A stretch of DNA of 64,000 nt. It comes from Planctomycetota bacterium (GTDB lineage Bacteria; Planctomycetota; UBA11346). Of this stretch, positions 53,101-61,896 are shown piece after piece (within the stretch, counting starts at the first letter, position 1; every line of letters begins with the position of its first letter). The DNA lies in NCBI GenBank assembly GCA_038231435.1, contig JBBRLJ010000028.1:1-64000 (forward strand), read 5' to 3'. The notes under the pieces are model-generated. The model searched no databases and was not told the DNA's origin. It saw only the letters and a program-made list of their open reading frames with translations. The position numbers were made by a program, and so were the translations under genes.

Positions 53101-53528
53101 GACGCGGTGATGCGCGCCTCGTCGATGAAGGACTCGACATTCTCGCGATCGCCTGGCCGCGACCGCTCGAGCAGTTTCACCGCCACCTCGCGCCCGAGAT
53201 TGCGGTCGATCATCGCGTAGACGCACGAGGTGCCGCCGACACCGGCGAGCCCGCGCAACTCGTAGCGCGCGCCGTCCACTCCGGCCCGCTGATGACCGAG
53301 ATCGCGCAGGCGCGAGTCGAGATCCTGGCCACCGAGGTCGGGCGGCGAGCTCACTCGATCCGGATCGAGCGCTGGTCGACCGGCCTCGCGGGTGACGCCC
53401 TGGTCGCGGACGGCGCGGGACGGGTCAAGCTGGAACGGCGGATCCGCTCGTCGCGTCGCGCCGCCGGCGCGCGGAGCGGCCTCAGGCGTGGCAGCAGGGG
53501 TGGCGGAGGTGGGCGGCTGCTCGGCCAT
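50154..53528 (-). CDS. Paralogous membrane Ser/Thr kinase
   Basis: Same motifs and architecture; 4-bp overlap with downstream paralog. Confidence 0.9.
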   Translation of the reverse strand: MAEQPPTSATPAATPEAAPRAGGATRRADPPFQLDPSRAVRDQGVTREAGRPALDPDRVSSPPDLGGQDLDSRLRDLGHQRAGVDGARYELRGLAGVGGTSCVYAMIDRNLGREVAVKLLERSRPGDRENVESFIDEARITASLQHPNVLPVYDIEATRDGRLYFSMKKIEGRSLGRALEAYSLGEQVEQLATPNAVVSVFIGVCQALSYAHHRGFVHQDVKPDNIMLGDFGEVLLVDWGSAIRATEGAPPKLYGTPLYMSPEQARLEGVSALSDVYCVGASLFHALMRRLPTWADGGEELMARKRRGEIDMPTVEERKRVPAPLLGIALKAMVPEPSARYSSVEAMLRDLKAFQAGLAVSAHRDSPWQLLSRWYRHNRKPFWIAAAGACAVVALIGVFAMEKSKERSSWMPVADEDFAHATLAGLETRWRGLAKSADAFGLPFSEIPLSTGMRWTLSGGRMHLASEREYVDLVWREELHGDFRVEWDYTCERANQNLNCFIGPDREKGFTFHVGAYGDPHYALMTKGAYFKVVDQRFIVHPLVIAKPYHYVMEKDGRHMRMSIDGAMVFDYQDFDAFNSETTSTFGFDCYAGNAQSIEHVRVFDRPLPQRISPLEVGRRLYQAGKVDEAVRQYHEIERSYPGTVLAGSACYERALSTLRSVDKAQGLAQLLAYEAEHPAHEMVPVSLYERLLAARAAASSKEPPPGAAADVDRLRAALRTYRGHPVLNAVLTDMAADRLPSIAWHETTEVGGHNYPDDAIERISATNAELSRMADTYGIPLHNDPFMDKAAPLLTRLGRADLVLADYPHSDRVCARALMAMGRYDEAIARAPYDLVVRMDSMLFQGRYQEVADDPYGSWRIPIALVELGDQARLRARFPDYDLDDRLLAEGKYDEFLARHAESENDATRNQAFQTPRYRVLAARHSYQDILDRYPDAGCQIDAMLGLRRHDELVARVPGDAIAMYRVAFRWLAEGQEIKARGLLARLADAQPDADSTDWMPHFLVQPLMPMLLGRRSGTEAAKALAPVLERHRWSCNQRVWHLAALVTGRIDERQFALQPCRHYTGWLLQFGIALREDCLGHDAAAKAAYDLANASMGGRFPAVYHEFIAWRLSALAPASIQP

Positions 53529-53944
53529 GGGATCCTGGAAGCGTCGGGAAGCACGCCGCGAGGAGGATACCGCATGCGCAGACGGAGTGATCAGCGGGAG
53601 CGGGGACGGCCTGGCGGGTAGCGCAGACACGGGCGGCCTGCGCGACTCACCGCCTCGGCGGAACAACGGGATGCACGCGGGAGCGCGGGACGAGCCGCTG
53701 GCGTCGCCCGCCTGCCCACCGCTCGATCGCACGGTGAGGTATGGAAGCGCTTCCAGGAGGCAGGTTCATCCTCGCGCTCCCCTCGTCGGAAGAGCCTCGA
53801 TGCACTGGGAACCCACCCACAGGGGGGCGTGGCGTGACGAAAAGTCGGCTAAAACGGGGCGAAAAAACCTCCCTCGGAAGGGCTAACGACCGTACCGCCT
53901 TGGCCCGCAGTAGGTAACACACCCGTCGAGAATGTCTAAATCTG

Positions 53945-53991
53945 GTACTATCCTTGGTGTTGATTTATCGTGTCCCCCCCATATGTAGTGG
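53945..53991 (+). promoter_or_regulatory. Tandem NrdR boxes
   Basis: GTACTATCCTTGGTGT (53945) and CCCCCATATGTAGTGG (53976), 31 bp apart, resembling acaCwAtATaTwGtg upstream of an RNR. Confidence 0.72.
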
Positions 53992-54219
53992 ACCCTTCGT
54001 GGCGCTCCCCCGCCAAGGGGTTTCTCAGGTCGCTCTCGCGAAAGGATCCGCTGTCGCTAGAATCCATACGGACCCATCGCCAGGCCGCCATCTGATCCAT
54101 CACGAGAGCCCTCCCGAACAAAAGCCATCCGAACTCGCCATTGCGGCCGTGATCGGTCCATACCAACCCATCCCTTCTTTCCCTTCCGTTTCAACCCTTT
54201 CTTTCCAGGACTCCATCCC

Positions 54220-56472
54220 ATGACGCTGTCGCAGCTCCAGGACTACACCTTCAACACCAAGTACGCTCGCTGGAATCCGGCCCTCGGTCGCCGCGAGACC
54301 TACGGCGAGGCCGTGGAGCGGGTGTTCTCGATGCATGAGAAGGTGTACGCGGGCAAGCCGGTCACCGCGGAGATCGAGTTCGCGAAGCAGGCCGCCAAGG
54401 AGCGTCTGGTGCTCGGCAGCCAGCGCGCCCTGCAGTTCGGCGGCAAGCCAGTGATGGACAAGAACGCGCGCCTCTACAACTGCACGGTCTCGTACTGCGA
54501 CCGCCCGCGCTTCTTCCAGGAATCGCTGTGGCTGCTGCTGTGCGGCTGCGGCGTCGGCTTCTCGGTGCAGACCCACCATGTCGCCAAACTGCCGACCATC
54601 GCGCGCCCGTCTGCCGCCGACAAGGTCACCTTCGTGGTGCCCGACTCGATCGAGGGCTGGTCCGACGCGCTCGGTGCCCTGATGTCGTCGTACTTCACCG
54701 CCGACCAACCGTTCCCCGAATACGCCGGCAAGAACGTGGTCTTCGACTACAGCGAGGTCCGCGCGGCGGGCTCGCCGCTCTCCAGCGGCATCGGCAAGGC
54801 TCCCGGCTCGGGCCCTCTCAAGCGCTCGCTCGAGCACATCCGCATGGTCCTCGAGAACCGCGTCGTCACCGCGGGCTCGAACTGCACCCTGCCGTCCATC
54901 GACGCCTACGACATCGTCATGCACGCCTCCGACGCGGTGCTGGCCGGCGGCGTGCGCCGCTCGGCGACGATCTGCATCTTCTCGATCGACGACGAGATCA
55001 TGATCAATGCCAAGACCGGCGACTGGTTCATCAAGAACCCGCAGCGCGGCCGCTCGAACAACTCGGCGTTGCTGCTGCGAGACAAGACCACCTTCGAGCA
55101 GTTCAATTCGCTGATGAAGGCGGTGAAGGAATTCGGCGAGCCCGGTTTCGTGTGGGCCGATTCCACCGAGATCATGTACAACCCCTGCGTCGAGATCGGC
55201 ATGTATCCGGTCGACGAGACCACCGGCGCGACCGGCTGGGCGTTCTGCAACCTCTGCGAGCTGAACGTCAAGGCCTGCACCACGCCCGAGATCTTCGCGC
55301 GCGCCTGCAAGGCGGCCGCGATCCTCGGCACCCTGCAGGCCGGCTACACCAGCTTCGACTACCTCGGCGCCACCACCGAGCGCATCGTGCGCCGCGAGGC
55401 CCTGCTCGGCTGCTCGATGACCGGCATGATGGACAACCCGGCGATCGCCTTCGATCCCCAGATCCAGCGCGACATGGCTCAGCTGATTCTCGAGACCAAC
55501 GAGGTGGTGGCCAAGAAGCTCGGCATCAACCCCTGCGCCCGCGCGACCTGCGTCAAGCCGGCCGGCACCACCTCGTGCATCCTCGGCACCGCATCGGGCA
55601 TCCACGCCCACCACGCGCGCCGCTACTTCCGCCGCGTGCAGGCGAACATCCAGGAGATGCCGTACCAGTACTTCAAGGCCCACAACCTGCGCGCCGTCGA
55701 ACGCAGCGTGTGGAATCCGAACGGCACCGACGCGGTCATCACCTTCTGCATCGAGGTGCCTGAGAACGCGCGCACGCTCAACGATGTCAGCGCCGTCGAA
55801 CTGCTGAAGTACGTCAAGCTCACCCAGGAGAACTGGGTGAACTACGGCAAGCGCGCCGACCGCTGCAGCCAGAAGTGGCTTCGCCACAACGTCTCGAACA
55901 CCATCACCGTGCGCGACACCGAGTGGGACGAGGTCGCCAAGTTCATCTACGAGAACCGCGATGCCTTCGCCGGCGTCTCGCTCCTGCCGATGGGCGGCGA
56001 TCTCGATTATCCGCAGGCGCCCTTCTGCGCGGTGTGGACGGTCGACGACATCGTCAAGGAGTACGGCATCGGCTCGCTCATGGCCTCGGGCCTGATTGTC
56101 GACGGCATGCACGCCTTCCAGGACGACCTGTGGGCCGCGTGCTCGTGCGCGCTGGGCACCGGACACTCGCTCGAGCTGCCCAAGCTCGAGGTTGGTAAGG
56201 AACAGGATCTCGAGGAGCTCCAGGGTCAGATCAAGAAGCTGCTCGCCCAGAAGGACTGGGTCCGGCGCTCGCACAAATTCGCCAAGAACTACTTCGGCGG
56301 CGATGTGCGGCGCATGACCTACTGCCTGAAGCGTGTCCATAACTGCAAGATGTGGGAAGACCTGCAGCGCGAGTACATCCCGGTGGACTACACCCTGATG
56401 CTCGAGCAGTCGGACGACACCAAGCTGGTCGATGCCGTGGCTTGCGCCGGCGGCAAGTGCGACATCGTCTGA
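54220..56472 (+). CDS. nrdJ: Class II (B12-dependent) ribonucleotide reductase, monomeric type
   Basis: YNC, GCGVGFSV, AGGVRRSA, NPCVEI, FCNL.E, TCVKPAGTTS, C-terminal CAGGKC; no beta subunit nearby. Confidence 0.9.
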   Translation: MTLSQLQDYTFNTKYARWNPALGRRETYGEAVERVFSMHEKVYAGKPVTAEIEFAKQAAKERLVLGSQRALQFGGKPVMDKNARLYNCTVSYCDRPRFFQESLWLLLCGCGVGFSVQTHHVAKLPTIARPSAADKVTFVVPDSIEGWSDALGALMSSYFTADQPFPEYAGKNVVFDYSEVRAAGSPLSSGIGKAPGSGPLKRSLEHIRMVLENRVVTAGSNCTLPSIDAYDIVMHASDAVLAGGVRRSATICIFSIDDEIMINAKTGDWFIKNPQRGRSNNSALLLRDKTTFEQFNSLMKAVKEFGEPGFVWADSTEIMYNPCVEIGMYPVDETTGATGWAFCNLCELNVKACTTPEIFARACKAAAILGTLQAGYTSFDYLGATTERIVRREALLGCSMTGMMDNPAIAFDPQIQRDMAQLILETNEVVAKKLGINPCARATCVKPAGTTSCILGTASGIHAHHARRYFRRVQANIQEMPYQYFKAHNLRAVERSVWNPNGTDAVITFCIEVPENARTLNDVSAVELLKYVKLTQENWVNYGKRADRCSQKWLRHNVSNTITVRDTEWDEVAKFIYENRDAFAGVSLLPMGGDLDYPQAPFCAVWTVDDIVKEYGIGSLMASGLIVDGMHAFQDDLWAACSCALGTGHSLELPKLEVGKEQDLEELQGQIKKLLAQKDWVRRSHKFAKNYFGGDVRRMTYCLKRVHNCKMWEDLQREYIPVDYTLMLEQSDDTKLVDAVACAGGKCDIV

Positions 56473-56479
56473 CACTCTC

Positions 56480-57043
56480 GTGGCCCGCCCCCTGAAGCAC
56501 CTGCTGACCGACGACATCCTGCTCGGGCTCATGCCCGGCTTGACCTCGTCGACCATCGTCGCCTTGCGCGCCAGCGACGTGAAGCGGGGTGGCTCGATCC
56601 AGAGCCGCTCCGCTCGGCAGCAGCCACCACCGCAATCGGAATACGCCCGCAAGATCGCCGAGGCCGAGACCGCGAAGATCGGCAATCCGGCGGCGAACGA
56701 CGAGGTCTCGACCGATCGCATCGAGAAGACGCGCAAGCCGACCGACTCGTTCACGCTCAGTCCCGAGATCGCCCGCCGCGTGTTCGAGACGCGGGCGATC
56801 GAGGTCATCGATCCCGATACCGGCGATCACATCGCCTTCGTGCGCGGGCTGATCTTCCGCGATCTGATGGACAAGGTCTCGAAGGTGCAGTGCTTCCTGA
56901 CCAAGGGGCACTACCTGAGCGCGGACGGCGCGAGGCTCGCCTTCCGCGTGGGCGGCGACGTGTACCGCGTGCGCGACGGCTTCTATGTGACTCCGCGCGG
57001 CGCGCACCAGGGCGAGTGGAGTTACCTGGGATACATCGGTTAG
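56480..57043 (+). CDS. Hypothetical protein
   Basis: ORF with host-like codon usage directly after nrdJ; start uncertain. Confidence 0.6.
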   Translation: MARPLKHLLTDDILLGLMPGLTSSTIVALRASDVKRGGSIQSRSARQQPPPQSEYARKIAEAETAKIGNPAANDEVSTDRIEKTRKPTDSFTLSPEIARRVFETRAIEVIDPDTGDHIAFVRGLIFRDLMDKVSKVQCFLTKGHYLSADGARLAFRVGGDVYRVRDGFYVTPRGAHQGEWSYLGYIG

Positions 57044-57615
57044 CGCACACCCGCGGGCTCGATGGACCCCGAAGCATCGCCGACCCTCTGCTGGTCGTCG
57101 TCGGCTGCGTCGTTCGCACGGCGATCCCTTGCAAGAGTCTTCGAGAGCACGAACGCCGTGGCCGGTCCCAGGACCAGGATCACGTACCAGCACGACGTCA
57201 GGTAGAAGAGGATCAGCTGCCAGAGGAACCCCAGCGTCCGCGGGTCGAGCGCATGAAAGTCGAACTCGCCGGCGACCAGCCCGGGGCCGATCATGAATGT
57301 CAGGAACCCGCCTATCGGCGCCGATACGCCCAGCATCGCCACCGCCAGTGGGCCGGGCCGCAGGCTCAGGGCATGCCGCCCAGCCGCGCACGTGACCAGC
57401 ACCACCACGATGAACGCGCAGCGCTCCGACCAGTGCGAGCGCGGTCCGATCAGCACATCCCTGGACGGCTCGGGGATCAGGAAAGCGAGGAACCAGGCGG
57501 TGGAGATCACCATGAAACAGCCCGCGAGAGCTGCTAGCCGATGCGGACGCAGGAAGGACGCAGCGGCCGAGGAGGCGGGGACCGGCGAATGCTGGACCGG
57601 GGAATGGACGGACAT
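57040..57615 (-). CDS. Hypothetical membrane protein
   Basis: About 4 hydrophobic segments. Confidence 0.55.
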   Translation of the reverse strand: MSVHSPVQHSPVPASSAAASFLRPHRLAALAGCFMVISTAWFLAFLIPEPSRDVLIGPRSHWSERCAFIVVVLVTCAAGRHALSLRPGPLAVAMLGVSAPIGGFLTFMIGPGLVAGEFDFHALDPRTLGFLWQLILFYLTSCWYVILVLGPATAFVLSKTLARDRRANDAADDDQQRVGDASGSIEPAGVR

Positions 57616-57796
57616 GGCCGACTCCAACGTAGGGGTGATGCCGCCACTATCCTCGGCCGTGTGACGGCACTGTGTGCGCTCGGTGATCACAGGATGAGGT
57701 GCGTCAGGTCCTGCCCGCAGCCGGCCCGTGTCACAGGGAAGACCGGGGGCCACACTTCCGTCTCGTATCGGTCGGCTTCCTGAATAACCCATCAGC

Positions 57797-58369
57797 ATGA
57801 GTCCAACCGTCGCCGCCACCGTCACCGCCCTCGCATGCATCCTGAACCTGACCGGATGCGGGCAGACGGCAGCACGATCGGATGCCGCGACGCCGACATC
57901 CACCACGGACGCCACCGCCTCGGCGAGGGACTTCCACGAGCGTCAACGGGCGTTCACCGAGACCGTGCTGCCGCTCCTGCGTTCAGCGAAGCACCTGACG
58001 CTGTACTCGCTCGATCCCGATGCCCCCGAGAGTGACGGTCCCGCCCGCGACGAGCCCGATTTCCACGGCTACCGTGTACTCGGTAAGACCCCGGTCGATG
58101 ATCCCACGTTGAAAGCCAAGCTGATCGACGCGCTGCGCAAGGACGTCGACGAGAGCGACGGCACTGTCGCCTTCTGCTTCGAGCCACGCCACGGCATCCG
58201 CGTCGTCGACGGGGCGCGCACCGTCGATCTGGCCATCTGTTTCACCTGCCTGCAGGTCGAGGCCTACGTGACCACCACCTATCCGGCGACCCTCGTCGGC
58301 AATGCGCGCGACGCCTTCGACGGCGTCCTGACGGCCGAAGGGATCGAGAAGGCGGCGCCCGCCAAGTAG
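57797..58369 (+). CDS. Hypothetical lipoprotein
   Basis: LTGC lipobox; CFEPRHGIR and ICFTC motifs. Confidence 0.75.
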   Translation: MSPTVAATVTALACILNLTGCGQTAARSDAATPTSTTDATASARDFHERQRAFTETVLPLLRSAKHLTLYSLDPDAPESDGPARDEPDFHGYRVLGKTPVDDPTLKAKLIDALRKDVDESDGTVAFCFEPRHGIRVVDGARTVDLAICFTCLQVEAYVTTTYPATLVGNARDAFDGVLTAEGIEKAAPAK

Positions 58370-58556
58370 CCTCGCGCAGAGCGATCCGCTCCGCGCCGTG
58401 AGCGTTAGGCATGGCTCGGCAACGCTCGTCCCTGCCCGTGTGTCATGCAACCATCGCGTCCTGCGCCCGCTGGAATCAGCCGCGCCTGGGCCTCGGCGCG
58501 AATTCCGTCATGATCCGCGCCATCCCCCGCCGCCTCCAGCACGTGAACGGATCACC

Positions 58557-59774
58557 ATGCGCACCACCCTCTCCGCATCTTCCCTGCGCCGCTTCCTACT
58601 CCTGCTGCTCGCCGTGAGCTGCTCGATCGGCACGGGCGGCATCGCCCGCGCGGCCGCCGAGAACGGCCCCAACACCACCATCCCGGTCGAGAAGGACCGC
58701 AACCGCCACGATGGGTTCCTGACCATCGCCAAGGCGGGCGGCGTCGACCTGCTGTTCCTCGGCGACTCCATCACCGATGGCTGGCGCGGCGGCGGCTTAA
58801 CCGTGTGGGACAAATATTTCGCGCCGCTGAAGGCGGCGAATTTCGGCATCGGCGGCGACCGCACCGAGCACGTCATCTGGCGTCTACGCAACGGCGAGTT
58901 GGAAGGCATCCAGCCGAAACTGGTGGTGCTGATGATCGGCACCAACAACGGCGGCGACCCCGCCGAGAACGTCGCGCTCGGCATCAAGACCATCCTCGCC
59001 GACATCCACGAGCGCTCGCCGAAGAGCCGGGTGCTGCTGCTCGGCATCTTCCCGCGCAGCGAGAAGCCCGATGGCACGCGCGCCAAGAACGATGAGGTCA
59101 ACAAGCTCATCGCCAAGTACGCGGACGGACGGCACGTGGTGTACCTGGATATCGGCCAGAAGTTCCTGACCCCGGACGGCACCTTGGGCAAGGACATCAT
59201 GCCGGACTTCCTGCATCCGAACGAGAAGGGCTACCAGATCTGGGCCGATGCGATCGTCGACACCGTCAAGCAGATGATGCAGGCCGATCCGTCGAAGCTC
59301 GCCCCCGGATTCACCAAGCCGTCCACCAGCCCGAAGGTGGCGAAGCTCGAGGAATCCATCGCCGCCGGCAAGGTGGGCGCCGGCGTGAAGGCGCTCGAGA
59401 AGCTCCTCGATGACAAGGATGCGAAGACCGTCGAGGCCGCCAGCGCCACGCTCGCTGTCATCGCCGACTGGAAGACCGGCATCGACGCCGAGATCGCCAA
59501 GGCCTGCGCGGACGGAGACGTCTTCACTGCCGCCGAGCTCGATGCCGGCATGGAAGCCTGCTACACCGGCGACATCGCCAAAAGCTACAAGGACCAGGCC
59601 GCCGAACTCAAGAAGGATGCGCGCTACGCCGCCGGCAAGGAGTACCAGAAGCTGGAAGCGATCCCCTCCGACGCGCGCAAGGACCCCCGCTTCAAGAAGA
59701 TGGTCGACGCGTTTGTGAAGAAATATCCCGACGAGTACTACGCCAAGCAGGCAGAGGCACTGCTGCCGAAGTGA
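58557..59774 (+). CDS. Secreted SGNH/GDSL hydrolase with helical C-terminal domain
   Basis: FLGDSIT, NFGIGGD.T, IGTNN, DFLHP. Confidence 0.9.
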   Translation: MRTTLSASSLRRFLLLLLAVSCSIGTGGIARAAAENGPNTTIPVEKDRNRHDGFLTIAKAGGVDLLFLGDSITDGWRGGGLTVWDKYFAPLKAANFGIGGDRTEHVIWRLRNGELEGIQPKLVVLMIGTNNGGDPAENVALGIKTILADIHERSPKSRVLLLGIFPRSEKPDGTRAKNDEVNKLIAKYADGRHVVYLDIGQKFLTPDGTLGKDIMPDFLHPNEKGYQIWADAIVDTVKQMMQADPSKLAPGFTKPSTSPKVAKLEESIAAGKVGAGVKALEKLLDDKDAKTVEAASATLAVIADWKTGIDAEIAKACADGDVFTAAELDAGMEACYTGDIAKSYKDQAAELKKDARYAAGKEYQKLEAIPSDARKDPRFKKMVDAFVKKYPDEYYAKQAEALLPK

Positions 59775-59903
59775 CGTGGATCGCCGGAGCGGCTGGCTAC
59801 ATGGCGGAATAGGTGGCGAAATACGTCGTCGTCCCAGAGCTTCACCGCCATTGATGTCACGATCCGCTCGGTACACCGTGCCCATGGCCGCCCATGGCCG
59901 CCC

Positions 59904-60485
59904 ATGCATAAGAACCGTCTCGAGGCGTTCAGTGACGGCGTGCTGGCGATCATCATCACCATCATGATCCTCGAATTGAAGATCCCGCATGGCGCGGACT
60001 GGGCGGCGCTCAAGCCGATGCTGCCGGTGTTCCTGAGCTACGTCCTGAGCTTCATCTACATCGGCATCTACTGGAACAATCACCACCACATGCTCCACGC
60101 CACCACCGCGGTGAACGGCGGCATACTCTGGGCGAACCTGCATCTGCTGTTCTGGCTGTCGCTGGTTCCGGTGGTCACCTCATGGATGGGCGAGCACTAC
60201 CGCGAGCCCACTCCGGTGGCGCTCTACGGCGTCGTCCTGCTGATGGCCGGCGCAGCCTACTTCATCCTCTCGCAGACCCTGATCGCGCACCACGGCAAGG
60301 ATTCGCTGCTCGCCAGGGCCGTGGGCAAGGACGCCAAGGGCCTGATCTCGGTCGTCCTCTACGCGGTCTCGATCCCCCTCGCGTATGTCGACACCTGGTT
60401 GTCCTGCGCGCTGTTCGTGATCGTCGCCGCGATGTGGCTGGTCCCCGATCGACGCATCGAGAAGACCCTGGCGAAGCCGAGCTGA
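59904..60485 (+). CDS. TMEM175-family potassium channel
   Basis: RLEAFSDGVLAIIITIMILE, YWNNHHH. Confidence 0.92.
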   Translation: MHKNRLEAFSDGVLAIIITIMILELKIPHGADWAALKPMLPVFLSYVLSFIYIGIYWNNHHHMLHATTAVNGGILWANLHLLFWLSLVPVVTSWMGEHYREPTPVALYGVVLLMAGAAYFILSQTLIAHHGKDSLLARAVGKDAKGLISVVLYAVSIPLAYVDTWLSCALFVIVAAMWLVPDRRIEKTLAKPS

Positions 60486-60563
60486 CGCCCGCTCATCGGG
60501 CTCCTGCTTCCCTCTCCGCTTTCCGCCCTCCCTTCTCTCTCCCTCCTCCCCGTACCGCGCGGC

Positions 60564-60755
60564 TCACAACTCGATCGGCGAGGAGACCGGAGTCGGTTGA
60601 TCCACGCTCGCGCCTGCCCTCTCTCGCCGTCGCACCGTCGATACCAGCCAGCCCCGGCGCCACTCCAGCCACGCCTCGGTGTCGGAGATGAAGGGATTGG
60701 CGTCCAGCTGCGCGCCCTGCATGCGCGCGCGTATGCCCATCGCGGCGGGTTCCAT
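60564..60755 (-). CDS. Small protein with an RMF/CrpP-like G..A..G...NP...W..GW pattern
   Basis: GGAGG RBS; ANPF...AW.EWRRGW. Confidence 0.5.
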   Translation of the reverse strand: MEPAAMGIRARMQGAQLDANPFISDTEAWLEWRRGWLVSTVRRRERAGASVDQPTPVSSPIEL

Positions 60756-60948
60756 CGCGGTCCTCCGCGTGGTTAGACGGCCAGGTTCGGCCGGGATTGA
60801 ACAGGGATCGGCATGACTCCCGCCGGCGTGTCACCCGGGCGGCACCTTCCGCGATGCGTCGCCGCGACGGTGGGGTATTGTTGCGGCGTGAATCTCTTCC
60901 AGGCCTGCGAGATTCCTGGTACAGAGCGCCTCACGAACGGAGGCCACG

Positions 60949-61110
60949 ATGATGAAGATCTCGCTCATAGCCGTATCCGCGGGCTGCGCGATCCTGGGGC
61001 TCGGCGTCCTCGATATCCTCCACCACCGCCCGGCGGTCATCGCCGCGGCGTGGATCCTGTTCGTCGTCGGTTGGCTGGCTTTGACCCGGGCCGCCACGCA
61101 GCGCGACTAG
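60949..61110 (+). CDS. 53-aa two-TM small protein (absent from the ORF track)
   Basis: GGAGG RBS; MMKISLIAVSAGCAILGLGVLDILHHRPAVIAAAWILFVVGWLALTRAATQRD. Confidence 0.6.
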   Translation: MMKISLIAVSAGCAILGLGVLDILHHRPAVIAAAWILFVVGWLALTRAATQRD

Positions 61111-61113
61111 CCG

Positions 61114-61872
61114 TCACCGGGGCGGATCGCCGTGCCAACGCGGATCGGGAGCCGCCAGCACCGCAGCGCGTGGATCCGGCTGGTCGAACACCTTCTGGCG
61201 CGGATCTGGCGCATCGCGGACCGGATCGACCGGAGCCTTGTGCGCGGGCGCGAGGCGCTCCCTGGATGGATCGGGATCCAGGTGGGCATAGATGCCATAG
61301 CGCCCGTACTGGCCGTACTGGGCGCATCCCGCTGATCGTGCACGTGGAGCGTCGCGCGAGGCCTGGCAACTGCGCTCGCGGCGTGCGTCCTCATGGCGAT
61401 CGTCGTCGCGATAGCCGCAATCTCCACGCTGCTCCACCACGATGACCGTGCCGACCGACGGGACATAGGTGGAATCCGCGGAGTCCGCGACCCGCGATGA
61501 CGATTCCACGACGGGGCGCGGAGCCGCATCGGCCATGGCTTCCGGCGCGCGGTCGGAAATAGGCTCGACGGACGTCTCGACGCGCATGGGCGCCGGCGCA
61601 TCCCAGTGTCCGACCTGGCGAACCCGGGTGACCACGCCATCTGAGACTTCGACGAAAAAGTCGGCGTAGCACAGGATCTCGTCGTTCGCGGCACGGTCGG
61701 AGCTGGCGATATCGGTGCTGATGGTCCCCTGCGGATCACCGAGCAGCGCGATCACCGCCTCCCGGCTGTCGCCACGCGATGGACGCGCGCCAGCCTCGGC
61801 CGCAGGCGCCGCCGGGGAGAAGACGCCGAGCGCCGACATCGTCACTGCGATCAGGATGAACGAGCGGGCCAT
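61114..61872 (-). CDS. Hypothetical secreted protein
   Basis: GGAGG RBS, signal peptide, GDSRE.V..LLGDP (SmpA/OmlA-like) motif, low-complexity tail. Confidence 0.6.
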   Translation of the reverse strand: MARSFILIAVTMSALGVFSPAAPAAEAGARPSRGDSREAVIALLGDPQGTISTDIASSDRAANDEILCYADFFVEVSDGVVTRVRQVGHWDAPAPMRVETSVEPISDRAPEAMADAAPRPVVESSSRVADSADSTYVPSVGTVIVVEQRGDCGYRDDDRHEDARRERSCQASRDAPRARSAGCAQYGQYGRYGIYAHLDPDPSRERLAPAHKAPVDPVRDAPDPRQKVFDQPDPRAAVLAAPDPRWHGDPPR

Positions 61873-61896
61873 GAGCCTCCGTCGGCTGTCCTCATC

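Noticed and set aside
53530..54219. Cobalamin riboswitch upstream of nrdJ
   Set aside because: I could not identify the conserved B12-box motifs by eye; an Rfam scan would settle it.
54100..56808. Long antisense ORFs (902 aa here, and similar ones elsewhere)
   Set aside because: These are shadow ORFs opposite well-supported genes, typical of high-GC codon bias.
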